The translations under genes and the position numbers were made by a program. Source: Candidatus Bathyarchaeia archaeon (GTDB taxonomy: Archaea > Thermoproteota > CALKCG01 > B24). From it: a stretch of 64,000 nucleotides of DNA. Position 1 is the stretch's first letter, and the number at the start of each line of letters is the position of its first letter. This document shows, piece by piece, positions 1 to 10,152 of the stretch. The notes under the pieces are model-generated. The model did not search any database. It was not told where the DNA came from and saw only the letters and a list, made by a program, of their open reading frames with translations. The stretch covers positions 416,001-480,000 of the forward strand of contig JAVZJD010000001.1 of the NCBI GenBank assembly GCA_038870975.1, read 5' to 3'.

Positions 1-2
1 AT

Positions 3-1178
3 AAGTATCCCTATAAGCTTTTATCATGGGGGTCTTGTCAGATACCTACACTCTGGTTTATATACAAACGTGAAATGGAAATTAGAAACTTTAAACCTGA
101 AACATACTATGAATTGAAAGCAATCTTAGATGTTAAAGGCGTCAAAGTAGAAGTCTTTTCAAAACCCGTGAAGGATAGATCTCAAGCATTGGCGCTCTAC
201 GATAAAGTTAAAGATGTTAAAGAGTCTACCGTTTCTTCTTTTGAATCTGAACTTTTCTCAGAGCATAGACCACTGCCTACCGATACTGATGTTATGCTCC
301 AGGAACTTACTAGAATACTTGGAATCAGCAGTGCTAAAATAATGGCTCTCGCAGAAGAATTGTATGCAGACGGCTTTATAAGCTATCCTAGGACTCAGAC
401 AAACATGTGGATTAGAATGGATCATAGATACGTCCTAGATATGCTTTCAAACACCTCCCTTGGTGAATATGTTAGAGGCGGGATTTTCCAGCCTAAGGAT
501 GGCAGGAAAAACGATAATGCTCACCCTCCAATATATCCGATAAAACCCTATCCATATAATGATATCAAAGGCAAAATATGGTCGTATATAGCTAGGAGAT
601 ACATTGCCAATGTAGCTTCTAAAGATGCGATGTTGAAACGTTGGAGGTTAGACGTACTTCTGAAAGAAGTAGCTATGAATACTGCGGGCAAGTACATAAT
701 CGACAGTGGTTTCTACGAGGTCTTTCCCTTCTTTAAACCCAAAGACCTCAGTCGAATTCCTGAAGTTAAACCTGGAGAGGTTCTACCAGTGTTAAAGGTT
801 GAGCTTTTGGAGAAGAAGACCAAACCCCCACCTAGGTTGACTGAATCCGAACTTCTAAAGTTAATGGAGAAAAACGGAATTGGTACTGATGCAACAAGAC
901 ACGAATATCCTTCAAAAATAATAAGTCGTGGATATGCAGATAAGAAGAGTAAAACTTTCGTCATTACACAATTGGGTGAGAGATTAATCCGACTGTTGGA
1001 AAATGTAAATGCGCAGTTAGTGACGCCCGACACTAGACGTTTTGTTGAACAGATTATGGGTGAAGTTGAGCTTGGAAAAAGAACAGTAGATGAAGCTTTA
1101 AACTATGCTTTAAGTATTTACAGCAGCCTATATGAAAAGTTGGAGGCTTACATAGAGAGTACAAAGCTAATACTCTGA
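3..1178 (+). CDS. topA: Type IA DNA topoisomerase (TopA/topo III type), 5' end outside window
   Basis: Catalytic ISYPRT motif, AHPPIYP, GIGTDATR. The frame is open back to the window edge (KYPYKLLSWGSCQIPTL...). Confidence 0.93.
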   Translation, partial: KYPYKLLSWGSCQIPTLWFIYKREMEIRNFKPETYYELKAILDVKGVKVEVFSKPVKDRSQALALYDKVKDVKESTVSSFESELFSEHRPLPTDTDVMLQELTRILGISSAKIMALAEELYADGFISYPRTQTNMWIRMDHRYVLDMLSNTSLGEYVRGGIFQPKDGRKNDNAHPPIYPIKPYPYNDIKGKIWSYIARRYIANVASKDAMLKRWRLDVLLKEVAMNTAGKYIIDSGFYEVFPFFKPKDLSRIPEVKPGEVLPVLKVELLEKKTKPPPRLTESELLKLMEKNGIGTDATRHEYPSKIISRGYADKKSKTFVITQLGERLIRLLENVNAQLVTPDTRRFVEQIMGEVELGKRTVDEALNYALSIYSSLYEKLEAYIESTKLIL

Positions 1179-1306
1179 TATAAACGGTGAATTGTAACCA
1201 AGTAAATTTGGACAATGGACTTACCCAATAGTTTCCCAGAAATGCTTACACTCCCAAGAAATATTACAATTCTCAATACGCGAGCTAGGTTGAGCACCTC
1301 CTACGG

Positions 1307-2668
1307 TCACGGAATTTCATACTTACCTTGTATCCCCTTAATGGTGCGTTGTTCAATCCTCCGGAAAATGCCTCCAAAAGCCTTGGCCAGTCTCTTCGCC
1401 TCCTCAGGATATTCATCTATTAGATTTCTACTCTCTCTAGGATCATCTTTAATATTGTATAACTCATCTGGTTGCCCCTCAGGTCTTTGAATTAAAGACC
1501 ACTCTTCATCCCTTATACATCTGTCTACACCCTCATAGTATCCAGATATTGCATAATGTCTATGGTCGTTTAATTCGCCCATTAAAACAGGTAGAAAACT
1601 TCTTCCGTGCATGGGGAACATATCCCATTTAAAGTCTAGTAAGTCTAAAAGTGTTGGTAATAAGTCTGGGAATTGAATTATGGCATTCGTCCTTTTAGCT
1701 TTTTCACCACCCGGTAGTCTGATCATAAATGGAATCTTAAGAAGCTCGTTATATAATCTATCTACACCTTTGAGAAATTTCCCATGATCTGCAAGTGGAT
1801 GCCCATGATCGGCTGTAAGAACGATAACTGAATCGTCATAGTATCCTAAATCCTCGAGCTCTTTAAAGAGATACCCAAGCCAATAGTCTACAAATGTTAC
1901 TTCCCCTGCGTATAGACCTCTTATGTAACGTATCTCCTCGGATGTTGCCCATTCAGAAGCATAGCCTCCCATTGGCAGTATGAGTCTAGCCCCCTTATAG
2001 TCGGGGTCGGTGTAAGTGTCAAATCTTGGAGGCGGGTCCCAAGGCTCATGTGGGTCGAAGCAGTCTATCCAAAGGAAAATCTTGTTATATCTAGCGGCTC
2101 TAGCCCTCCTAAGCCATTTTAAAGACTCCATAACAACTTTAGCGGGAAACCAATCTTCTTCTCTTGAAAAGTCTTCGGTATTAGCTAGAAACCTTGCCAC
2201 TAGATTCTTCCATTTATCTGTGTAATTTTTGTTTACGTAATCTTCCACCCTCTTCTTGAGGGGTGGTGGAGGAATGTAGGAATCGTATTCTTGACCTCTA
2301 ATCCAGATGAAGCTGTGAAAGCTCTTATGGAAATTCATACCTGGTCTAGCAAGGTGATACGTATCTGAAATCAAACCGCATACATATCCCTCTCTAGTTA
2401 AAATATCGGCTAGTGTTATATCTTCACTTTCCATTGGACTCCAAGGTCTGTAAGGCAACGTATAATGCCCAGTCATAAGCTCCGTTCTCACAGGTATTGT
2501 CGGTAAACCACATGGATAAGCGTTTTCAAAAACCACACATTCATCTGCAAACTTATCTATATGGGGCGTCTTACAGGCTGGAACTTTTTCGAAAACAGGT
2601 CTCCCCCTATTGTAGAAGCTCACATGATCTTGCCTTAAACTATCTACAACTATTACTATGATATTCAA
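1307..2668 (-). CDS. Sulfatase-like hydrolase (alkaline phosphatase superfamily)
   Basis: VIVVDSLRQDH, DPHEPWDPP and TADHG motifs. The nucleophile motif reads TIPVR instead of (C/S)xPxR. Confidence 0.88.
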   Translation of the reverse strand: MNIIVIVVDSLRQDHVSFYNRGRPVFEKVPACKTPHIDKFADECVVFENAYPCGLPTIPVRTELMTGHYTLPYRPWSPMESEDITLADILTREGYVCGLISDTYHLARPGMNFHKSFHSFIWIRGQEYDSYIPPPPLKKRVEDYVNKNYTDKWKNLVARFLANTEDFSREEDWFPAKVVMESLKWLRRARAARYNKIFLWIDCFDPHEPWDPPPRFDTYTDPDYKGARLILPMGGYASEWATSEEIRYIRGLYAGEVTFVDYWLGYLFKELEDLGYYDDSVIVLTADHGHPLADHGKFLKGVDRLYNELLKIPFMIRLPGGEKAKRTNAIIQFPDLLPTLLDLLDFKWDMFPMHGRSFLPVLMGELNDHRHYAISGYYEGVDRCIRDEEWSLIQRPEGQPDELYNIKDDPRESRNLIDEYPEEAKRLAKAFGGIFRRIEQRTIKGIQGKYEIP

Positions 2669-2815
2669 CTGAACACACTCCTTTAAACTGTTTAACAGCT
2701 TCAGCGTTTAATCTTTAAAAGAATTACCACGTGGATGGTAGGAGTCAAATACATGACAGCTTCCAATGTAGCAATACTCTTCAGAAAGAGGTAGATTAAG
2801 GCTTTAGAATATGAA

Positions 2816-3991
2816 TTATACAGTTTTAAGACTCAAGGTCTTATATTTTTCAAAGAGGTTTTTAACGCCTCTATCTTGAACCACTACAACATCTTCCAAC
2901 CTTATTCCGAAATTATCTTTGTAAACTCCAGGTTCAACAGTATGAGTAGTGTTTCTTCTAATGATATCTCTTGACGCTGGATGTAGAGCTGGTGGTTCAT
3001 GTATCCTCAAACCAATTCCATGGCCTAACCTATGTGGGAAAAATTTAGAAAACCCCCTCCTAGCTATAAGGCTTCTAGCAACTCCATCAACACTAGAAGC
3101 TTCTACTCCATCGTATTCAAACTTGTAGACTTCCTCTTGCGCTTCTAATAACGTATAGTAGATGGTCTCCTGCTCGCTTGAAGGTCTACCTAGAACCCAC
3201 GTTCTAGTGACGTCTATCCAATATCCATCGGCACACACGTTAAGTTCTAAAAGTATGACATCACCTCTTCTAATTCTTCTGTCGGTTGAAATATTAAACG
3301 GATACCACGCTTTCGAAGTATTTTCGCCAGACATTACAAATGCAAAACCTCTAGCTCTTCTAACCTTGTTTTCAAATCCAACTCCTTCGCTATACACTGT
3401 TGCTTCAACAATTGAGGCGAGTGTGCTCTCCTTAATCCCCTCCGAAATACTTTTAAGGAGTTTTTCAACGGCTAGGGATGCAAGTTTAACTGAAAGTCTC
3501 ATCTTTTCGATTTCATACTCTGATTTAACAGACCTGAGCTTTGCAATAACTCTAGAGGCATCAACTAACTCCGCTTCGAATACCTTTTGAAGCATTTTAA
3601 AGGTCGGAATACTAGCATAGTTCACCTCACCTACAATACTATTAGTGGCAACTGTTTCAAAGTTAAGCTCACAACCAATTTTAACATATCTACGATGTTT
3701 AAGCTCTTCCAAAATTTTAGAGATGATCTTATATGGATTCCAAACTTCATTTAAACCCTCAACCTCGTATGTTCTTATATCCTTAATCCATCCATCTTTA
3801 GCATACTCAAACTCGGAAACTGGAACTATTAAAACTGGCTCCCCCTCCAATGGTAGAACCACTAAAGACCATCCTGTAATAGGCCAATAGCCCGACAAAT
3901 ATAGAACATTTTCAGGGTTTCTACATATAAGAAGCTCCAGCCCCTCCTTCTCCATGGCTTGTTTAATATTAGTCAATCTAGTTAAATCCAT
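2816..3991 (-). CDS. Xaa-Pro aminopeptidase / M24 family peptidase
   Basis: Creatinase N-domain, DVTRT, HRLGHGIGLRIHEPP, TVEPGVY, GIRLED. Confidence 0.92.
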   Translation of the reverse strand: MDLTRLTNIKQAMEKEGLELLICRNPENVLYLSGYWPITGWSLVVLPLEGEPVLIVPVSEFEYAKDGWIKDIRTYEVEGLNEVWNPYKIISKILEELKHRRYVKIGCELNFETVATNSIVGEVNYASIPTFKMLQKVFEAELVDASRVIAKLRSVKSEYEIEKMRLSVKLASLAVEKLLKSISEGIKESTLASIVEATVYSEGVGFENKVRRARGFAFVMSGENTSKAWYPFNISTDRRIRRGDVILLELNVCADGYWIDVTRTWVLGRPSSEQETIYYTLLEAQEEVYKFEYDGVEASSVDGVARSLIARRGFSKFFPHRLGHGIGLRIHEPPALHPASRDIIRRNTTHTVEPGVYKDNFGIRLEDVVVVQDRGVKNLFEKYKTLSLKTV

Positions 3992-4103
3992 GTTCTAATT
4001 TAAAATTCGCTGCACCCTTATATATTGTTTTTAAAATTTTAACAAGCCTATAGTTCAGCTACCCTAGTTGCAACGACTACATTAGATAAAAAGTTGAGGA
4101 GAC

Positions 4104-4901
4104 TTAGTATCCTTTTGCTTCGCCAGCAATCTTCCTTCCAAATTTACTTAGAAGTTCACTGAACCCAGACATTAGAATCTTCATATCGCTCATTAAAGCT
4201 ACAAATCTGAAACCATCTTTTATCATTCTCTCAGCCATTTCAATGCTGAATGTATGAATACCTGGGACTACGTCATACTTTTCACAAGCCTCTTTAACCT
4301 TCCTCAGAGCATCCTTAAACTTTGGATGATCATATCCAGTAGGTATGCCTAGGTTTACGGAAAGATCCATGGGGCCTACATAAGCTACATCTATTCCATC
4401 AACTGAAAGTATCTCTTCCAAGTTTTCAAGAGATTTCGCTGTTTCAATCTGAACTATAACTACAAGTTCTTCCACCTCAAATTTCTCATAATACTCTATA
4501 AAATCCCGTCTGCCGAATCTAATACATCTTCTAGGTCCAACCCCTCTAATCCCCCTAGGAGGGTATCTAGAGGCTACTACAGCCGCCTCGGCTTCAGCTC
4601 TACTATTAACCCACGGTATTAAAACACCCTGCATACCGACGTCTAAAACCCGTTTAACCATGACAAGGTCATTCCATGGAACTCTTGCAAGTGGAGCGAT
4701 ATTAACCCCTCTTAGAGGCATTGCAAGGAGTTCAAGGTCTCTAACATCTATGGGTGCATGTTCCATGTCGAAGACAAACCAATCGAAAGGCAGTTCAGAT
4801 AGAGCATCTACAACATCTGGATGATTTATAGTGATCCATGTTCCAAGTGCTACATTCCCGTCTTTAAGAAGTTTTTTTAAACCACTCATAACAGGCACCA
4901 A
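4104..4901 (-). CDS. HpcH/HpaI family class II aldolase
   Basis: FDMEHAP, RYPPRGIRG, QIETA, VGPMDLS. Confidence 0.92.
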   Translation of the reverse strand: MVPVMSGLKKLLKDGNVALGTWITINHPDVVDALSELPFDWFVFDMEHAPIDVRDLELLAMPLRGVNIAPLARVPWNDLVMVKRVLDVGMQGVLIPWVNSRAEAEAAVVASRYPPRGIRGVGPRRCIRFGRRDFIEYYEKFEVEELVVIVQIETAKSLENLEEILSVDGIDVAYVGPMDLSVNLGIPTGYDHPKFKDALRKVKEACEKYDVVPGIHTFSIEMAERMIKDGFRFVALMSDMKILMSGFSELLSKFGRKIAGEAKGY

Positions 4902-4987
4902 CGGGAGTAATACGTTATAGTATGATTTAAGTTAAACTATTTCCCAGAGAGACTTTAGCCTTTTAAATACCTTTACGTTAACCATAA

Positions 4988-6091
4988 GTGGTGGTCTTTC
5001 TGAAGACTCTCCTATATAAGGAAGACTGGGAAAGAGTTTCTGAAACCTATGAAGCTTGGTGGGAAGGTGAGCTGACCAGACCAATCATATTTTTGACACA
5101 TGTATCGCCTAATGTAGACGTTATCGACTACTCTTTAACTTTGAGCTGGGCTTTTATGAGATTTCATCCAGAGAAGGCTCTAGAAGCCCTCTTTGAGTGT
5201 TTCTCTAAAACAGTATTCATGTGTGAAGCCTATCCTAACGTTTTTGTAAACATCGGTCCTGGTGCATTATCGGCTTTTCTAGGTGCGGATATAGATTTCA
5301 ATCTGAAGGCAGGAACATCTTGGTTTAAGGGATCTTTTTCTTTAGACGACCTTCTTAGTGTTGAATTAAACCCTGAGAATAAGTGGTGGCGTTATGTGAT
5401 CGAATGCACTAGAAAAGCTTCAGCCATGTGTAAGAATAAAGCTATAGTCGCTTTCACAGACATTTTAGACGTAGCTACAAGTTTAGTGCATCTTAGAGGT
5501 GGAGCGTCAAAATTGGTTAAAGACGTATTTCTTGAACCCATCAAACTGAAGAAGGTTTTAAATAATCTACATCAAATCTGGTTCTACTGTTTTGAGAAAA
5601 TCTCAGAAGTAATCGATACGAGTATTTACGGTTTTTCAAATTGGGCCACACTATGGAGCAAGCGGAAATCTTTCATACTTCAATGCGACTTCAGCGTATA
5701 TCTTTCCCCTAGATTATTCGAAGAATTCATACTTCCCCTTGTAGTTGAAGAGTGTAAATTCTTTGAGAGAAGTTTCTGGCATTTAGATGGCCCTCTCGAA
5801 ATCCCCCACCTTGACAAACTCTTAAACATAAGTGAACTTAACGGTATACAGTGGATCCCTGGGGCTGGAAATCCAGATCCAGGTGATAGCTGTTGGATTC
5901 CACTGTATAGGAAAATACAGAGTGCTGGGAAGCTCCTCCAACTTCCTGGGATTCCCATATCTAAAGTAATTCCAGTTTTAGATCAAATATCACCTAAAGG
6001 CGTTTTCATTCAAACTTCAACCTTAAATCTTGAGAACGCTGAAGCTTTCTGCAGAAAAATGTCTGAGAAATACGGTGTTCAACTTAAGTGA
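4988..6091 (+). CDS. Uroporphyrinogen decarboxylase / MtaA-CmuA (URO-D-like) superfamily protein
   Basis: LQCDFS, SPRLFEEFILP, WHLDGP and IQWIPGAG are typical of URO-D-like proteins. Substrate unknown. Confidence 0.7.
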   Translation: MVVFLKTLLYKEDWERVSETYEAWWEGELTRPIIFLTHVSPNVDVIDYSLTLSWAFMRFHPEKALEALFECFSKTVFMCEAYPNVFVNIGPGALSAFLGADIDFNLKAGTSWFKGSFSLDDLLSVELNPENKWWRYVIECTRKASAMCKNKAIVAFTDILDVATSLVHLRGGASKLVKDVFLEPIKLKKVLNNLHQIWFYCFEKISEVIDTSIYGFSNWATLWSKRKSFILQCDFSVYLSPRLFEEFILPLVVEECKFFERSFWHLDGPLEIPHLDKLLNISELNGIQWIPGAGNPDPGDSCWIPLYRKIQSAGKLLQLPGIPISKVIPVLDQISPKGVFIQTSTLNLENAEAFCRKMSEKYGVQLK

Positions 6092-6165
6092 CGATGACAT
6101 CATACTTTCAAACTTCTAAAGATTTCATACCTTTATCTATGAATAGCCCTTAAAGTATGTCGTGA

Positions 6166-6951
6166 TTAAACTACCAGGCTAAGCCAATTTAACGTCTTGT
6201 TTATAACCTCCAGCGTATGTTCTCTCTTGGAAAACGTATGATCTCCACCTTTAACTATGTAGAGCTCATTTTTATCGTTTAAACCTCTAATAATCTCATA
6301 TCCCTTTTCAGCTTCTTCTAAAGGTACGAGAAGATCCCGATCTCCATGTATGATCAACACCGGGATTTTAATCTTACCCATAACTTCGAAGGGGACCACA
6401 TAGTCAACTGTATCAAAGAAACTTTTCCTTAAATACCAGCCATCTGAAACTTCAATTGCTTCACCAGCATTAAGCCTCTCCAATGCATCCTTACTCATAT
6501 GGCTGAGGAGCCTATCCCGCAGAGGGCCAAGAGCCGCTGAGTACAATATTGCAAATTTTACACGTTCGTCTTTCGACGCCAGTATGGTTGCAACCCTTCC
6601 ACCCATACTTAAACCTATGACTCCAACCCTTCTTTTATCGACCCTCCTTTGCTTTATTAGAAAAGTTAAAGCAGCTTCTGCATCATCTACTTCGCCAGGC
6701 AAAGTCATATCTTCAAACTCACCATCGCTATCACCTGACCCTCTAAAGTCAAACCTGAAAACTGTGAAACCTGATTTGCAAAGTTTTCTCGCTACTTGGA
6801 CAAAAAGTCTATGAGCCTCCGTTTTGTTTCCAGTAAAACCGTGGAACATGACTACTCCCGGGGTTTTTTCCTCTGGTTTCAAATCATCAGGTAAATGGAG
6901 TATTCCAACTAATTCTTGGTTTTGGTTTTTAAAAACCACAGGTTTAATCAT
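6166..6951 (-). CDS. Alpha/beta hydrolase (S9/esterase-like)
   Basis: HGFTG, GLSMGG nucleophile elbow, HGDRD, GGDH. Confidence 0.92.
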   Translation of the reverse strand: MIKPVVFKNQNQELVGILHLPDDLKPEEKTPGVVMFHGFTGNKTEAHRLFVQVARKLCKSGFTVFRFDFRGSGDSDGEFEDMTLPGEVDDAEAALTFLIKQRRVDKRRVGVIGLSMGGRVATILASKDERVKFAILYSAALGPLRDRLLSHMSKDALERLNAGEAIEVSDGWYLRKSFFDTVDYVVPFEVMGKIKIPVLIIHGDRDLLVPLEEAEKGYEIIRGLNDKNELYIVKGGDHTFSKREHTLEVINKTLNWLSLVV

Positions 6952-7114
6952 TTTTAATAACCTCCAACGTATAGACTCAAGGTTATAGGTAATAAGCTTT
7001 AGTCTTCTGTACGTGTTTCATGGTTAATGTAGCTCCATACAATGACATTCTAAATAGCATCGATTTAAAGATAAGTATAGACGAAGTAGCATAAGGTATT
7101 ACTTAGAGGTATGG

Positions 7115-7325
7115 ATGACTGGCAAGAAAGTAAGTGTAAGCCTTCTAGAAGAACTTCTAAAAAGCATAGACGAGTTATCTCGAAAGCTAATGTGGTAAGA
7201 AGTGAATTTATAGCTAGAATACTAGAGGGGAACCTGTGAACGTTAACAGTCAGAACTGATCATAAATATCAACGGTACTCTGGAAATTAAGTACAATCGG
7301 TTATCTGAGAATAATCAAAAGATAG
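7115..7325 (+). pseudogene. Frameshifted ribbon-helix-helix (CopG-like) regulator remnant
   Basis: Manual translation. SD-like GAGGT, then ATG 7115 MTGKKVSVSLLEELLKSIDELSRK, continuing in another frame as ...VVRSEFIARILEG, which fits the RHH pattern. 3' end approximate. Confidence 0.6.
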
Positions 7326-7394
7326 CTTTAAATAAATGAATTTTCATAAAAATGAGAGGACATTAATCATTTAATTTAAATTTTATCTCTCAGA

Positions 7395-8702
7395 TCAACA
7401 AGAAAAACCTTTAAGATATTTTTCTTCGGCTTTAAACATTTCATCAACCATGTTTTTTATCTCATCTATAGTAAGTATTGCACTAGTTAATGGATCTACT
7501 AGTACTGCTTGAAATACCAATTCTTTACTCTTCTCTAAGATGGCTTTAGTTGCGAGTTCTTGAACATTTATATTCATTCTATTTAAAGCTGCACACTGCG
7601 GAGGTAGCATACCAACGTAGCAAGGATGTACCCCGGTCTTATCCACAACGCAGGGGACTTCGACGCAGCAACCATATGGAAGATTTGTGATCAGTCCAGT
7701 ATTCCTAACGTTTCCGTAGATTAAACTCGGTATACCTGTTTCCATCGAATGTATTACTGAGGAACAGTATTCTGCACTTCTACGTATAGGTATTTTCTCA
7801 GGGCTCTCGATCAGCTTTCTAAACGCTTCATCCTCTTTACCTCTATCTCCCATAGATTGGATACGCCTTAAAGTCCCAACTAATTTAAACTTCTCCATTA
7901 TATCCTGTCTTTTTCTGAAATAGGGTAGGTACTCGGACAGATGGTGGCTCGACTCACTTGGATAGTAGCCTATAGCTTTGAAAACTTCTATCCTCACGAG
8001 GTCTCTTCCAGCAGGACCTTTGTAGAACTCAGGGTCTTCAATCCTCTTCCTTAAAATGGGATAGGCGTCTTCTTCATGCCATTTAAACTCTAAAAACCAG
8101 GACATGTGATTTATCCCGGCTGAGAGATATGATATTTCCGTTGGAGGAACATTTATGTAGTTTGCGAGGGTATGCGCAGTACTTTGAACACTATGGCATA
8201 ATCCAATCACGTTTACTTTAGTGCCTTCATACACGCTCCAACATACTATAGCCATGGGATTTGTATAGTTCATTAGAAGAGCATCAGGACATAATTCCTC
8301 CATATCATAGCATATGTCTAGTATAGCTGAAGCATTTTTCAAACCGTAGAATACACCTCCAGGTCCAACGGTATCCCCTACAGCCTGATCTACTCCATAT
8401 TTTAGAGGTATCTCTAGGTCAAGCTTAGTAGCTTCAAGACCGCCTGCTCTAATAGATGTTACAACATAATCTGCTCCTTCTAAAGCTTCTCTACGATTAG
8501 CCGTAGCCTCTATCTTAGTTTTAAAACCCCACTGATCTACGAGTTTCCTTGCGAAAGCTTCAGTGAGACTTAGCCTATCTTTATCTATATCTACAAGGCT
8601 AATTGTGCAATCTCTAAGCTCAGGGTAGGATAGTATATCTGTTATGAGATTTTGACCGAACACGTGGCTCCCAGCACCTATGAGAACGACTTTAAACGTC
8701 AT
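7395..8702 (-). CDS. Family 4 glycoside hydrolase (NAD+-dependent alpha-galactosidase/glucosidase, MelA-like)
   Basis: LIGAGS, GDTVGPGG, NYTNP, GLCHS, AGINHM. Start moved to ATG 8702 (MTFKVVLIGAGS). Confidence 0.93.
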   Translation of the reverse strand: MTFKVVLIGAGSHVFGQNLITDILSYPELRDCTISLVDIDKDRLSLTEAFARKLVDQWGFKTKIEATANRREALEGADYVVTSIRAGGLEATKLDLEIPLKYGVDQAVGDTVGPGGVFYGLKNASAILDICYDMEELCPDALLMNYTNPMAIVCWSVYEGTKVNVIGLCHSVQSTAHTLANYINVPPTEISYLSAGINHMSWFLEFKWHEEDAYPILRKRIEDPEFYKGPAGRDLVRIEVFKAIGYYPSESSHHLSEYLPYFRKRQDIMEKFKLVGTLRRIQSMGDRGKEDEAFRKLIESPEKIPIRRSAEYCSSVIHSMETGIPSLIYGNVRNTGLITNLPYGCCVEVPCVVDKTGVHPCYVGMLPPQCAALNRMNINVQELATKAILEKSKELVFQAVLVDPLTSAILTIDEIKNMVDEMFKAEEKYLKGFSC

Positions 8703-8782
8703 GTCAACCCCATTAGATATGTGAAGGGCTTTAGATATAAATACTTGGACTGTAATTGTATCGGTCTGGAGGTGTTGATTGA

Positions 8783-10150
8783 TTGGAGAGTACAATATGG
8801 CGGGTTTTGAATGAGATCCCGGACTTCAAAGAGTTTATGACTGTTGATGAACTTAACATGAGCACCAGAGAACTAGCGTTTAAATATCCAGATAGAGTTT
8901 CCATGTTTGAGATAGGCGAGGCGAGGAATGGAGAACCGATCAATTGTCTTAGAATAGGGTCTGGGAAGTTGACGGCTCTGCTCTTCGCTTTTCCACATCC
9001 CAATGAGCCAATTGGAAGTATGACGTTGGAGTATCTTTCTTGGAAGTTGTGTATGGATGATGCTTTTAGAAGTATGATGAATACGACGTGGTATATTGTA
9101 AAGTGCGCAGACCCTTTTGGAGCTAGATTAAACGAGGGTTGGTTCAAAGGAGACTGGTCTCCAAGAAAGTATGCTTTAAACTACTATAGGCCTCCTGGAT
9201 ATAAACAGATTGAATGGACTTTTCCAATAGAATATAAAACATTGAAGTTTAATAAGCCTACTCCTGAGACCCGTGCTTTAATGAATTTAATCGAAGAGAT
9301 TAAGCCTGACTATGTGAGTTCTCTTCATAACGCTGGTTTCTGCGGAGCTTATTTCTATCTTTCAGATCCAATTCCAAATGTATACGATAAACTCCATATG
9401 GTTGCATCTAAGTTTAATATCCCGCTTCATCTAGGTGAGCCTGAAGTACCTTATGCCAGTAAGTTTGCCGACGCTATCTTCAAAATGCCGACAGTAGTTG
9501 AGGAATATGAGTATTTAGCTACACATCTTAAGAAAGACCCATCTGAAGTGATAAGAAACGGTGCTAGTAGCGATGAGTACGTGAAGAGAGTTAACAAAGA
9601 TGCTTTAACACTGGTATGCGAGGTCCCCTACATATATGATGAGAGGATCGCTAATACTACACCAGTTGGTGTAAAACGTAGAGATGTCATACTTTTAGAA
9701 GCTGAAAAAACCAGACGGCAACTTGTAGAGCTTAAAAAGAGACTAGGAATTATCGAGCATTACGTTAATGAATCTTCTCCATTCTACGAGGCTTTATCGG
9801 AGTTTATAAGGATAGGACTTGAATCTGTAAAGGCTAGGAAGAACTGGGCGAAGAGAGACCCATCTACTGCTCGTCAGGCTACGGTTTCAGAGCTATTCGA
9901 TAATATGGTTGCTAGGGTCTATTTCTATGGAATTCTTAGGCTCGGATTATTCTATAGATTAACATGCGAAAAACCTGAGGAGCCCGCACTCAAGAAGCAT
10001 ACCGAGTGGAGCCTTAAAAAGATAGAGTATATGTGTAAAGAGTTTATGAATCTATCGAATTACTCAGTGATACCCATTAGAAACTTAGTAGGTGTTCAAT
10101 TAGGGTCAATACTCTATACATTAACAGCTAAATTATCATCTCTCAATTGA
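8783..10150 (+). CDS. M14 zinc carboxypeptidase family protein
   Basis: HPNEP (HxxE), SLHN, C-terminal CEVP. Confidence 0.85.
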   Translation: MESTIWRVLNEIPDFKEFMTVDELNMSTRELAFKYPDRVSMFEIGEARNGEPINCLRIGSGKLTALLFAFPHPNEPIGSMTLEYLSWKLCMDDAFRSMMNTTWYIVKCADPFGARLNEGWFKGDWSPRKYALNYYRPPGYKQIEWTFPIEYKTLKFNKPTPETRALMNLIEEIKPDYVSSLHNAGFCGAYFYLSDPIPNVYDKLHMVASKFNIPLHLGEPEVPYASKFADAIFKMPTVVEEYEYLATHLKKDPSEVIRNGASSDEYVKRVNKDALTLVCEVPYIYDERIANTTPVGVKRRDVILLEAEKTRRQLVELKKRLGIIEHYVNESSPFYEALSEFIRIGLESVKARKNWAKRDPSTARQATVSELFDNMVARVYFYGILRLGLFYRLTCEKPEEPALKKHTEWSLKKIEYMCKEFMNLSNYSVIPIRNLVGVQLGSILYTLTAKLSSLN

Positions 10151-10152
10151 CT

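Noticed and set aside
8703-8795. N-terminal extension of the GH4 ORF overlapping the M14 gene
   Set aside because: The GH4 Rossmann motif starts right after Met at 8702; the extension covers the divergent promoter region.
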